Positions 1 through 12,029 of a stretch of DNA of 64,000 nt are shown piece by piece; the first letter of the stretch is position 1; every line of letters starts with the position of its first letter. The stretch comes from Macrostomum lignano (taxonomy: Eukaryota): assembly GCA_002269645.1 (NCBI GenBank), contig NIVC01001679.1, positions 186,001 to 250,000 on the forward strand, read 5' to 3'. The notes beneath the pieces are model-generated. The model did no database searches and had not been told where the DNA came from. It was given only the letters and a program-made list of their open reading frames with translations. The position numbers and the translations under genes were made by a program.

Positions 1-239
1 CAGTCCCATATTGCTAATTAATCTAAAAAGGTAAATATCTATTGTAGTGACTTCTATTTTTGTTAAACTATCCCTATTTTATTTTCTCAATCTATATTAA
101 TGCTACAAAGCAAAATAAATAAATAAATAAATAATACATTTCGTTCAAATTATTTGCCAGTTGATCTAAATTTTGCTATGGATGCAGTCTGACGCAGTAT
201 TTCAATCTCCTCTCCCCACCCCACCAACCCCCCCACTAA

Positions 240-460
240 TACCCATATATTAAAAATGAGTTGTTTGTCTCTATGTGAAAGATTTCAGAAAAAAACGGTT
301 TAAACCGATTTTCTTCAAACTTGCACCATTCGATCAGAAATTTTCCTGTGACGGTACATGCATGGTGGCTAAGAAATTTCTCAATGTTAAAGGGATTAAC
401 TATTCAAAAAAACATGCTTTTGCGCAAAGGTCAAGCAGACTTTTCGACTTGAAATGCATT
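240..460 (+). mobile_element. possible non-autonomous Helitron-like fragment
   Basis: ATATATTAAAAATGAGTTGTTTGTC followed by AAACGGTTTAAACCGATTTTCTTCAAACTT resembles the 5' region of invertebrate non-autonomous Helitron-type repeats as I recall them. No 3' hairpin/CTRR end was identified. Confidence 0.2.
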
Positions 461-1004
461 GTAAGAATGCTAGAGAAAAAACTGACTGGCTGATTTTTTA
501 CCCTGCAAAAGATTGCATCACAACAAGTTGGAAACAGTGTCGAAGAGAAAAGCACACAAGACTTGATTTGAGATTGAGTAACTATATAGTATTTATTTAT
601 TGTCCGTGTACTGGCTGAGTTTTACTACTTTAATTGCCTCGCAGTGTTAAAATAGTCTGGAAGCATAAGAGTAGCACCAGACTTGGTTGAAATTGATGCT
701 GGCTGACTGAGAAATTGATTGTGTCATAATTTTTACTCTAACCGACTTGCTGTAAGTATTGAATTATAAGAGCCACAATTCATGTTCTCCAATTTACAAG
801 CGATAGCCTAGATGTGAACAGATTAGATTGCTAATGTAGCGACCTGGGTTCAAATCTTAGTAGAGTAAAATATTTTTTATTAAAAAGCCTTATAAACACA
901 AAATGTCAAAAAGCCATCATGTTAATCATAAAAGAGCCAACATGTCAAACATAAAGGAGCCACTATAAAGCTAAGGAAATTGTTGCACTAGCTACTTGTT
1001 GTCC

Positions 1005-1290
1005 GGTGGATGCTTGCTATTTAAGGATAGATAGATACTTGCTATCAGGGGAATGCTTGCTATCTGAGGGATGCTTTCTATCGGAAGGATGCTTGCTATC
1101 TGGGATACTTGCTATTGGGGGATGCTTGCTCTCGAGGGGGTGGAGGGTACTTGCTATCGAGAGGGGATTGCTAGGTATCTATAAGGATTCTTTCTATCCA
1201 GGGATTCTTGCTATCCAGGGATGCTTGCTATCCAGGGATTCTTGCTATCCAGGGATGCTTGCTATCCAGGGATGCTTGCTATCTTGGGAG
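1005..1290. repeat. degenerate ~19-bp tandem repeat (GGGATGCTTGCTATC core)
   Basis: The core GATGCTTGCTATC/GATTCTTGCTATCCAG recurs many times; the overlapping ORFs are repeat translations. Confidence 0.8.
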
Positions 1291-1924
1291 GGGGGTGCTT
1301 GCCGTCTGGGGAAAGCTTTATTTTGTTGTGTACTTTTGTTACTTGTAGAAAAGAGAGATTTATAGAAAACAGTTTTGTCCACAGTTCTGTGGTTTCGTCC
1401 ATGGCAATTTTACTTTCAGGTGATCTATAAAACTGAAGAAGGAATCGGTTGAAAATGTGCTTTTTATGGATTTCCATGAAAAATGTTTGCTACTTGCTTA
1501 TTTGGCGCCCCGAAAATTAACTAGATTGTTAGTATAGTGCTCAAATTAATAAGTTAGCTGAGTCACTACCAGTCAGACAGGGTCAGAGAATCTCCCCTCG
1601 CCTCCACCTCCACCTCCACATCGTCTATGTCTCACCTTTAAGTCGCGCACGTAGAGTCACCCACCCCTTGCTGTGCAGCCACCCCTAAACTAATTACATA
1701 GACGGCTGCAAAGATGGACATTAGCCCTGCAGTGAGATGGGCGAAGCCCGAGCCCGACGAGTATCTGCCGCTCCTGCAGGAGTACAAGAGCTGAAAAAGT
1801 TGAGTGATGCAAGACACGCTGTGCCAGATGCTGGATAAAAACTTGGCTTCAATTAATTGGTTGCATCAAAATTGGAACTCTAGGCAATGGCTGGTCATTG
1901 CCATGAAGAGAAATTTTGGGCATT

Positions 1925-1975
1925 GTCGCCTAAAGTGCGCCAGGGTGCGTGGCATCCCTGCTTCTAATAAAAATC
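1925..1975 (+). mobile_element. isolated 3' tail of the SINE family at 11153 and 45159
   Basis: TGTCGCCTAAAGTGCGCCAGGGTGC...CCCTGCTTCTAATAAAAA matches the SINE 3' end TGTCGCTTAAAGTGCGCCAGGGTGC...CCCTGCCTCTAATAAAAA. Confidence 0.55.
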
Positions 1976-2619
1976 GATGCCAAAATACGACATTCTTGAC
2001 ATCTCAAAGCCGCTTCATCGTTTTTTATGTTGAAAAATGTGTGAAAACTTCCGCAAAATCTTTGCGAAATGAAATTACACTATTGTCATAGGCATGAAAA
2101 CTTTGCAAGGCTTCCTATCAAAGAGTATATCCAATATTAATTTTTTAGTTTCCTGTTTGTCAATTTCCACACTATAAATTTACTTAGTGGAACCTGATCT
2201 GGGTACTGCAGTTGACACCCATGCAGTATTGTACAGAATTGTAGATAAAATTGTGCAAATTTCGTCTTTTTTATGAATATTAAAGTAAAAGTCAGGCCCA
2301 GTTGTAAAAGTCAAAAAGCAATCTACAATCTAGCAGCTTACTGCACCTGAGAGTTGGCATCCGGCAGCGGGGTTGGCGCGACATGCAAACATTTATCTTG
2401 GAGACTGCATTCTCGGATGTTTAACACCGGTTCAGACTGGGCTGACTAAAAGTTTTCCCAGTGCGTTCAGTTTTTGCAGACGCTGCAAGCTGGAGAATCT
2501 ATCGTATGTTGAAATTAAAATATTCTGCAAAATGATTAACCACATTTAGCTAATCATTATTTATAAACGCTTGATATTCTGATAAGCTCTATAGAGAAGT
2601 CTGCCCTGCAAAATGCTGT

Positions 2620-2775
2620 GGCTTACGGGGAGCTGCTGAGATGCCAAGACTAATGAGGGGAATTGCTGACAGGTCAAGACTTACGGGGGGAATTGTTTGA
2701 GATTTTGAAGCCTATGAGGGAGCTGCTGAGAAGTTGAGGCTCAAGGCTTATGGGGGAATTTCTAAAATGCTAAAA
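2620..2775. repeat. degenerate ~30-bp minisatellite (GGGAATTGCTGAGATGCCAAG family)
   Basis: Same core as 60852-60990 (same strand) and 36695-36800 (reverse complement). Confidence 0.7.
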
Positions 2776-3060
2776 CTCACCCTGGTTTTAGGATTAGGGT
2801 TTAGGGTCAGTTTTGGAGGTTAGAGTTAGGGTTCCATCTTGAATAATTGCCATGTCAACCATAAAAGACTTATGGAGGAATTCCTAAGATTTCAATTCTC
2901 ATGGGGGGCTTTCTAAGATGTCCTGACTATCCTAACTTTCTAAGACATTCCTAAAATGTCAAGGCTTTTGTTTTTGGCTAATAGAAATTTGTATGGGACT
3001 TTTAGTGGGGAGTTTTAGGCTGTTGGGCGATTGTTAAATAGTCAAGAAGTACAGCTTAAG

Positions 3061-3956
3061 TGAGTCAGCTGACTCTTCTAGTTCCCTCTCGAAATGGAAA
3101 TTGCAGTCTGGTGACATCTCCGAGTACAGGGTTCTGCGAGTGCTCAAGAGTGCTAGCAAGATCGACTGTCTGAGCAGTTCCGATGCGGCCGAAGCTGCCT
3201 ACGCTGTCTCATTCAGCGCTGAGTCGGTTGACTGCACCCTGCTGGTGTGCCACCGAGGCAGCAAGGACGCCTGCCGAAAGTGCCGGCACGAGAGAGATGC
3301 TGGCCTGGCGAAGCTGTGGGTGAGTAGCACAACTCAGTGATCAGGATACTGCCGAGTTGTAACAGAGCCAGCTCTCATGCGAAACTTCATCTCTTGTTAA
3401 TTTCAGTTCAAAGAGCCGTTGGGCTGCTGGACGACGTTCCAGCACAGAGTCGACGGCTCCGTCAGCTTCAACCGGAACTGGGGGGACTACGTGAACGGAT
3501 TCGGTCAGGGCGAGAGACTCAACTACTGGATGGGACTGGAGCAGCTCCACCAGCTGACCGCCACTGGAGTGTGGAGAGTCCGCTGGGAGTTTCAGCGACT
3601 TTAGCAGCACCTGGTACTGGGCTGAGAATGCTCCGTTCTCTGTTTGCCCAGTGGCCGATAAGTACAGGTGCTCGATGGGACCTCTGGATGTGAGCAGGTC
3701 GAGTGTCGGTCAGGGAATCGGAGCAGAGTATTTGCCGGATAGCCATCAGTTCAGCACGCCTGATAATGACAATGACGCGTGGAGTTCCGGCAACTGCGCT
3801 GCCGAGAAGTCAGCAGGCCGGTGGTATGGACAGTGCATCGCCATCAACCCGAACGGAATCTACTACCCTGGTGAAATAGGTGGCATAGTACACTACCTGT
3901 ACGACTCGGGAAACGTTTTTATGAAGACTTTCGAGCTGCTCATTTATAAGGAATAA
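3061..3956 (+). pseudogene. PAN-like + fibrinogen-related domain (FReD) gene copy, 5'-truncated and frameshifted; exon remnant 3061-3319, intron 3320-3406, exon 3407-3956
   Basis: Near-identical to the intact gene at 15147-16120 in inverted orientation. Homology stops at 3061, so the ATG and most of the signal peptide are missing. An extra T at ~3590-3592 (GAGTTTCAGC vs GAGTTCAGC) shifts the frame. FReD motifs: FQHRVDGSVSFNRNWGDYVNGFG, YWMGLEQLHQLT, FSTPDNDND. Confidence 0.85.
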
Positions 3957-6053
3957 ATATTCTGCTTCGATTCGAGCAGCTGCTCATATGATCAGCAACA
4001 TCGGCTGATGCTCGTGGATGAACCGACCTGAGAAACTTTTACTAAACAATATCTTTTAAATACTGTTATAGTGCTTTAAACTCATATTTTTGGGACCTTT
4101 TTAGACTCGGGATTTTTGGGAACTGTCTACTGAGATCCAGTGGCAGTGAGCCGCTTTAATTTCTGTTTGTTAAATAACATCACTAAATACAAAGCAAACC
4201 AAGCAGCTACCTATAGCTAATCGCATTCATATGTGTGGATTTCGAGTTGATCATTTTGTTTTCGATTTGATTTGACTGAACTTCTTTGTCAATAGCGTTC
4301 TTTTGCTAAGAATACTCATTTCTGAATTGGTGCTCAGGGGTTATGTTATGTTACTTGTTATGCTATAGCTAGTACGAGTATTAGGCAGAATCAATGTATT
4401 CAGCCAAGAGACGCCCAAAATCAATCACGATATGAAATTTAGGATTTATGAAAACGACTCATCTCCAGAACGATATAGCATTTGGAATTTAATTTCACCA
4501 GTTATGTAAGGTACTAGAGAGAAAAACATATATCTTGATGGTCTCTGCATCACTCTTTGTCAGTCTCTATATCACCAGCCACCCTTTTGTGAACTGTATA
4601 CTCTTTTCCCCCGCAGTGTGACTTGTTGTTATATATAACTTTTAGAAGTTTCACTGCGTGACCGGAAAAGTCAAGAGGATGCAACAAAGAACTGCAGAAG
4701 TGCGCAGGATGCAATGCAGAAGCATCGCAGACAACGTGTACGAGCGTACCGATTTGCAACTTCATTCGTGACTCTTGTTGTTGTCTTGTTGTTGTTGACT
4801 CCTTGTTGTCAGAATGTTTATACAATCCACGGTATTTTGAGGGGCAAATCGAATTACTATACGTTCGTATTTTTTTCTTTTTTTCGCATTCACTAAATAA
4901 TGACATTGTCAGCATTGCGCTAAAAAGCCTGCAACATTTCTAATCTCTATAAATCTGGATTCGGCAATCTCTGGCCGCGAAGCCCCTTCCCGCGGGTCCT
5001 TTGAAACTTCACAAGGCATGGGGGGCTTTTTGGACAATACATGTATTTTAACTTTCTCCATACGCTCGTAATGTTATTAACTCTAAATAGATTATTTGCA
5101 AAGAAATTGATAAAGATGGGGGAATGCCGACTTAGGGAAATTGAAAAAAATACGCCCCCCCCCAAGTAAAACCTATGGGGGGACATGCCAATGCTTTGTC
5201 TCCCCACCCCAACATGTGGACCAGTTGACCCGTTATAGAAGTAAAAAATTTTGCTTCAGGGCGACAAAACATAGCGCCTGTAGCACCAAAATGCCTGCAG
5301 CGCTAGAATGGTGCCTGCGGCGCTAAAATATTGCCTGCGGCGCTAAAATCAGTGCCTGCGACGCTGAGCGCTGACAACACCGACTCTCAAAATAATGTAC
5401 ATGTACATATAGGAATTTAGTCATGTACATGTAGAATTGTTGGTTTTGTCACCGCACCATAAAACCCCACCCACCATGTGTCCTCCTGCATGCATCGAGA
5501 TCCCGTGTCCCTGCATCCAGATCCCCTGTCCAAACAAATTCAGCCTCTACACAGTAGCTCACTCACGCATACGAAGCACTCCCTGTTTTTTCCGCTGCGT
5601 TGAGTGGTACGATGTTTTAGTGGTTGTTCCTCCACTCTTCCTCATTTAAAAAGTTGCTTACTCGTAATAAGGCTTAAAAGTTTTACACTCAATGACGTAA
5701 AGTGCCTTATGCAGTTGCAAACTTCAGCACTTTTTTAGCTAAGTCAGGTATGAATTTTCTTACTCTAAAGCGGCAAAATCTTATATGGCTCGTTAGCGGA
5801 TATTAATTGTTGATTTATAGCTAATGAAAAGCAAACACAAGATGCTACATTTATGCCTTGCCTTACCTTTACTCAGAGAGAGCAAAAGGTAAGCTAAGAA
5901 CTAAGCGGTAAGCCATATAGAGACGACAAAGCAATTGTTTGTACCGCCATCTTTCTATTGGATAGCGAGCCAATTAAAAGCCAGCGCGCGCTGCTTCTTC
6001 TACACGGTTCTACAGACTGTGTTGCTGCTTGCTGCAGCTCTGACTGCTGAATC

Positions 6054-6794
6054 ATGCGGAGCGGCATCAGAGTTCACCTCCAGCTGCTCATGTTGCCACT
6101 CCTCCTGTGGCACAGCGCGTCAGGAAGTTTTTACCATCCGAGGCACGGATTTCTCTGCATCCGGCCCGAGTACCAGACTAATGTGTCAGGCGTCACTTCC
6201 GACGTCCTGTGCGCGGATTTGTGCAACAGTGACCAGCGCTGTCAGGCGTTCAGCCTGGCTGACGGCCCTTGCCAGCTGTTCTTGTTCGACAAGTGCAGCA
6301 AGTCGGTGAAGGACTGCGGCTGCTCGAGGAGAGGCCGGGTGTTCGTGAAGCAGCAGCCGGGACTGGACCCGGGCGCGCTGTGCCCGTCAGGCTACACCAT
6401 GGACCTGTGCGGCGTGAAGTACAAGGCCCTGCCGACAGCTGCACCGTGGAATACTCAGAGGCAGGCTTGCGAGTCGACCAGTGGCCTGGCGATCATGGCC
6501 GACGTGACCAGCAGCGCTGAGATGTCGCATATCGGGCAGCTTTACGTTAACAACTTCACTGGTGGCCAGTCGATGTGGCTTCACGGTCTTCAGGCTCCCG
6601 GGAGTGTTGAGCCCGACGGAGGCTGGAGCTGGGTCACCTGCAACATCACAGTGTATGCCAGCTTCTGGGCCAGTGGCGAGCCTAACAATGCCGGCGGAAT
6701 CGAGGACGCCATTTTTGCGGGCACGCAGTTGGGTGACGCCACGAAGGCGAACTTGAGAGGTGGCTTGTGCGAGTGCCTGTCACCATTTGATTGA
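6054..6794 (+). CDS. secreted PAN/apple + C-type lectin domain protein (246 aa, single exon)
   Basis: Hydrophobic signal peptide (LQLLMLPLLLWHSASG); PAN motif CADLCNSDQRCQAFSLADGPCQL; CTLD motifs CPSGYT..C..KYK, W...RQAC, MWLHG, WSW, FWASGEPNNAGGIED, LCE. Confidence 0.88.
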   Translation: MRSGIRVHLQLLMLPLLLWHSASGSFYHPRHGFLCIRPEYQTNVSGVTSDVLCADLCNSDQRCQAFSLADGPCQLFLFDKCSKSVKDCGCSRRGRVFVKQQPGLDPGALCPSGYTMDLCGVKYKALPTAAPWNTQRQACESTSGLAIMADVTSSAEMSHIGQLYVNNFTGGQSMWLHGLQAPGSVEPDGGWSWVTCNITVYASFWASGEPNNAGGIEDAIFAGTQLGDATKANLRGGLCECLSPFD

Positions 6795-7018
6795 GCCAGT
6801 GAATTTAATCATCTTCTGAGAAAAAGTTAACGGAAACATATTTTATAAAACTTGTCCCTTTTTGCTTGTATCGTTTAGTCAACCGATGACTTTACTCGTG
6901 ACAAAAAACTTTGCAAATAAAATGATAAAGCATATTTAAAACTTGGCCTTTTCCCCATCGGCAACATAGCAGAAGCAATTGAATTAATTGTTCTACTAAA
7001 ATTTCTTGTCGCGCCCGG

Positions 7019-9404
7019 TGTTACACTTTATACTATCCGGGGTTTTTTTGTCTGGCCCGGATATCCGAACGCACTTACGATATCCGCCCGGATACTGCCA
7101 GGCAAAAAACCTGCTTTGTTTTCTCCTTCCCAGATATCTTGAGCTGCTTTGCATTGTCAGGGCACTTTGAGATGTCTCTCCCGGACATCCTACGGCACTG
7201 ACTCTGCTATCCGGCCCGGAGATCACAAGAAGGGGAAGTTGTCTTAGGACATCCGACTGTAGGTTGAAAGAGAGGGGTCAGTCTGCGGAGACAGAGGTTT
7301 GCTTTAGGACATCCGGCTACTGATATCCGAGGTTTGGAATAGCAAAATTTCGAAATCAATTTTCACAAAGTAGAAAAAACTTTTTGCTACTTTTTCAATT
7401 GGCAAACATCTGCGTCATGCTTCTTTAACCGAGTATATTTTCAATCACTATTTTGCATTTCACACTCTCCAAACAGAAGTAAAATTAAAGCTATTGATAC
7501 AATACATTGTCAACCGAAAAACTGTTACTTGATTCACCAATCTACATGTAATTCGATCAATCAAAAACAGGCGATCCGCTGAATGAAGCGTGATGAACCA
7601 CAGCCTTCTTCAGATGCTTTCCGTTTACACATTTTGACAACCCAGCCAGCTGATAAGTATTTTTGCCGAGGCATTTGATGATGCGGTAGACCCGCTCACT
7701 CCACGTCTTCTGCAGCTTTCCGCCCTTCCTGTCGTCTCGGCGTGTGTTGCGAAGTCTCACCCGATCTCGAACCTTGAACTCCTCTGCTCGAGTTCGTAAA
7801 GCTGCGTGGCGCTTTTTCATTCGCTGCTGGCTCAGTTTGATTCTCCGCGGGATTAATTTTTGGGATGCAGCTCGCTGTTTGTTCTTCTCGATCATCCAAC
7901 CCCGATTTACAGGTGCAAACTTAGGCTTCGAGGCTGTAGGCAGCAGCGCCGCTGCCTGGTTGCCTAGCAAAGGTTCGAAACCAAACGCGGCCTGAAATGG
8001 TGAAATTCCAGTGACTGAATGTCGTCGGCTATTGTAGGCCAGTTGAATTTCATTGAGGCTGGTGTCCCAGTCAGTTGGATTCTCTGATGAGCAACACTTT
8101 CTTAATAGACTGATGCAGGTCTGGTTCAAGCGTTCGGTCTGTCCGTTAGTCTCTGGGTGATACGCGCTTGTTACTCGTCTTTCAGTTCCACCAGATTCTA
8201 GAAGGACGTCAATAATTGAGTTGCAGAACTCCCGTCCCTGATCGCTGAGGATAATGCGCGGCCAACCGAACAGTGCAGAGGTCCTTCAGTTCCTTCGCGA
8301 TGGATGCAGCTTGGATGTTAGACAGAGGCCGGAATACAGCAAACTTTGTAAATTTACAGCACACTGTCAGAATGTACCTGGATCCTGAATCGGTGGTCGT
8401 TGGCATCGTGATGCAGTCGACACAGAGAAACCCAAAAAGCCTGCTCGCATTGTCCGGTATTTCAATCGGATGAATTTCGCTTTGCTTGGTTGAAAATTTC
8501 TTGTTGACCACTTTGCACTTGGCACAAGCTTCCATAGCGGATTTGGCCATTGGCGATACAGGGAAGTCAGCGAAGTACCTCGACGTAAAGAGGCTCAATG
8601 TGCTCTTATTACCTACGTGACTTCCCTGAATGTGCAAAGCTTGCAATTTGCTCTTGACTTCTGCGATGTCGTAAAGAACTTTGCGCTTCTCTTCAGACCT
8701 CCTTCTCTGACTGTCCGCTTTGTTCTTGACTTGATACTCGTAGTACAAGGAGCCTTCATGAATCGTGAAGTTTTTGCTCTTTTCTCTTATTTTTCTTTTT
8801 AGATTATCTCTTTCTTTCGTACTGGAATTTTCCAGCAGCTCAACATACTCGTCGTTCAAAACATAAAAAACACTTGGTTCAGCTATACTTTAGCCATCGA
8901 GAGATAAATTTTTCTAAGGGTAGAACTTCGACAAAAAATAAACTCTATATATCTTAAAAGTTACGTGTAATATACTCTCTCTAATTTGCGCAACACTTTC
9001 CTTTGTGGGCTATTAGCTCGTACACTGATCTTCATTGCACGTACGCTTGTAGTGCTGGCAATGTGACGCCAGTCCATTATCGATTTATTCTTAGACTGCA
9101 CCTCATCTGCCCCTCCCCTGTCTAAGGTGCAGTCAGGGCCCTTCCCTGGCCTCTGAGTCAGCCCCATTCTCTCGAAATGATGTCCTGCCCCATTCACATG
9201 CGCTTTATCAGGTAAATAACTTGACCACCTTGCCACCCAAATCTTTATTCACCCCGGACAATTTAAGACCCAGGATATTTCAAAGCCCGATTTTGTTGTG
9301 CCTTGGATTATCCAGGGTAACGTAGGTTATCGCAAAGCGACAATAATTTTGCTTTGCGATGTCCCCCGGACAAATTAAGACCCCGGAGAACAGAAAGCCT
9401 AACA
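7019..9404 (-). mobile_element. Ginger1-like (Gypsy-integrase-related) DNA transposon, decayed
   Basis: Termini TGTTA (7019-7023) and TAACA (9400-9404), flanked by CCGG on both sides (7015-7018, 9405-9408). Imperfect ~40-bp TIRs (CTTT.T..T.TCCGGGGT.TT..TTGTC.GG) and TATCCGG/GACATCCG subterminal repeats. Encodes an integrase with no RT or gag. Confidence 0.8.
7557..8880 (-). pseudogene. Gypsy-type DDE integrase/transposase of the Ginger element, frameshifted at ~8272
   Basis: KRKIREKSKNFTIHEGSLYY; zinc finger LHIQGSHVG...CAKC; catalytic core LCVDCITMP, (frameshift) LFGWPRIILSDQGREF, AYHPETNGQTERLNQT; C-terminal FKVRDRVRLRNTRRDDRKGGKLQKTW...TYQL. No clear ATG. Confidence 0.85.
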
Positions 9405-11152
9405 CCGGGTAACTTTTCAATATTGGAGCTGGGTGGGTCAATGGTAAGGAGCGCCATGCATAGCCAGATGACATTATGAGTTATGATGACATTAGCGCTT
9501 GTAAATTACTGTACATGTAAATTACCGCGCCGACCCGTGCAAGAGGTGCTGTTGCTGACTCGGCGTTTCGTCGACTGCCTGCGGCGCGTGGCGTCCCGGA
9601 TTCGGTCGGTCGAGTGGCCTTCGTTCGCGACTTGGCCCAGAGACGTGTCCTGTCAAGTTGGTTTCTAAGGAACCTGACAACGCATTTTGTTGCTGCTGTT
9701 GTTTGTTTGTTTTTTTCGCAACGATGCTGATTAAGTATGTTGACTGCACGGTCTTTGCAGCTTGAGGAACGCGTTCCACAGACGTCGGCCGGCCTCCCGT
9801 CTCAGCAGAGGTCACTCATCTTTGGGACGCCGAGCGCGCGCTGGACATCCATCCAGGGTGGAGCTGGTCTGGTCCGTCTGGTCCTCTAGCCCGCAGTGCT
9901 GACAAGTCGCTGCGTCGGTCACTCCGATCCGGTGTGCAAAGGTTGCTAGCTTGATGTTAATCATGCGACGGGTTTGATCCGAGAGCCTTCCACCCGGATG
10001 TCTGGTGTGTCGGGCATTGGATTATGAAGTGTTCGAGGTCCTCCTAGGCCTACTGCGTTGCTGCCTTAATCGTTGCGAGTTCCGCCTGTGTCGAGGAGCA
10101 ACCCGGCCCCGCGGGGCGGCTTACCAGCAGCTATCTCAGAGCCATCTGCCCATACACTGAACCCGGCTCCACCACGCGGGGCCTCGCCGACCGATCCGTC
10201 GGTGTACATGTAGATAGTGATGTCCGTATGCTTTTCGCTGAGCCTCTCCAGCGCAGCCTTCCTGTTTGTTCTCTTCCTGCCTCGCCAGTGCTAGGTAGGC
10301 CGCCCGGGGGGGGGGGGTTCCACAGTCAGGCCCGCCCCGATCACGCACAGCCGCTTCAGGAGGCTGGTCCTGCTCCTAGCTTTCGTGACACAGTGTCGGA
10401 TGTGCTCGGCGAACGTCAGCCTTCTGTCTATGTAGACACCGAGGTATTTAATCGTCTTAGTTGGACGGAACCACTGGCCATTGATAGATATCTCCCCATC
10501 TCCCGCCACGCTACATCTTTATTGTTCAGGCTGAACACACCCACCTCGCACTTTTGCGGGTTTAGACTGAGGAGCCACTTCTTGCTCCACTCAGCGACGG
10601 CAGTCACACCCTTCTGGAGCTTCCTGCTAGCTTTGGTGACAGTTTCGGCTTGGCAACACAGGACCAGGTCGTCTGCAAACAACCTGATTTTGACCAGCTC
10701 CTTAACCTGGTCGACTACGTCGTTAATGTAGATCAGAAAAACAAGACAGGTGATAGCACGCCTCTTTTGGGCAGCCCTTATTTCATAACAACGGTACGTC
10801 CACGGTCATTACCCATGTCGGACCCAGGCCAGCCTGTTGAAGAGCAAAGCCTGGACCCACCGTATCAGCCTTGGGTCGAGCCCCATGCGCCGCGTGTTTT
10901 CCAGCAGCCCGTCCCGCCAGACCGCGTCAATGCCCTGACACAGGGGAGAGGATTTGGTCTGTCGCATTCTGGTGGCCAGTCCTGAAGCCGGAGGAGGAGC
11001 CGGAGCGAGGAGCCCGTTGCTTTCCAACGCGTGGTACAATCAATTACTGATCATTCTCTCCCGATGGTAGCAGTCAAGCAGATAGGGCGGTACGACGAGG
11101 TCAGCTCTGGGTCCGGTGAACCTGATGAATGCGGTCACACCAGCTAGCAGCA

Positions 11153-11516
11153 TCTTTTTTTATTAGAGGCAGGGGGGTTGTTTGCACCCTGGCGCACTTT
11201 AAGCGACATAGGCACACAACCGGCGAGAGGCATTACTGCCCATTCCGCCGACTCCCCTGAGCAGGCATACAAGCGCGCGGATACGTACGCAGGCACACAC
11301 TCACACAGGAGTGTACAGCGGCCCTAACTTTCTATCATCGTTAGGCATGTACACTTCACTGCGCCTTGGGGGGTTGGCTCTCAAGGCCGTTAATTGCACG
11401 AGCAGAGCCAAGCCGAGATTCCAATTCAGCCCCAAATTAATGTGACTGCACTTGGAATCGAGCCTGGGTCGCTGGCACACCAGAGCAGCTGCGCTAGACC
11501 GCTGGGCTACGGCCCC
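11153..11516 (-). mobile_element. tRNA-derived SINE, full length, inserted in the LINE
   Basis: Minus-strand head GGGGCCGTAGCCCAGCGGTCTAGCGC...GGCTCGATTCC (Pol III A and B boxes); tail AATAAAAAAA; 12-bp TSD CAGCTAGCAGCA at 11141-11152 and 11517-11528. Further copy at 45159-45767. Confidence 0.88.
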
Positions 11517-12029
11517 CAGCTAGCAGCAGCTGCTTGAGCAGTTGCGGGTGCACTTCGTCGGGTCCCGGGACTTTGCTACCGTCGTCCAGCGCTCTCCGCA
11601 CCTCGGCCTCCGTGATCTCCGGGTCCTGACTTCTCGCAGCCTGACGCAAACCTTTATTCAGCTTCCACTTCATCTGCCGGTTCGTGCGTTGCACCTTTAC
11701 ATTGCTGATCTCGGCGTACATGTACGCCTGGGCGAAGGCCGTGGCCTTGTCAACAGGGGTCACCAGTCTTTTTTGCCCCTAAGCTATGACCTCGGCAAGC
11801 ACCCTCGGTGCCTTTTCTTTGCATCCGTTGGCCAGCTTCCACATATCCGCAGCGCTACCTACTCTCGCAACCCGGCTCCACAACTTATCACTCAGCTCGC
11901 TTCTGAACCTGTCCAACGGGTCCACACCATCGCTGGCCGACCCTCCAACTACCTCCTCACGTCCCTCCGCCGCCGCCTCCGGTTCAGCTTCCCAGGCCAG
12001 GCTACAGTAGTTATGTACCACCCGATGCG

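Noticed and set aside
800-870. tRNA/SINE-like A box (TAGCCTAGATG) and B box (GGTTCAAATC)
   Set aside because: No convincing cloverleaf or element boundaries; at best a decayed remnant.
2790-2835. Interstitial telomere
   Set aside because: Only two or three scattered TTAGGG-like motifs.
7557-8859. Ty3/Gypsy LTR retrotransposon
   Set aside because: No gag, RT, RNase H or LTRs nearby; inverted termini and a CCGG TSD fit a Ginger-type DNA transposon better.
11440-11516. tRNA gene
   Set aside because: The tRNA-like head continues into a ~290-bp body with an A-tail and TSDs, and is repeated elsewhere; it is a SINE head.
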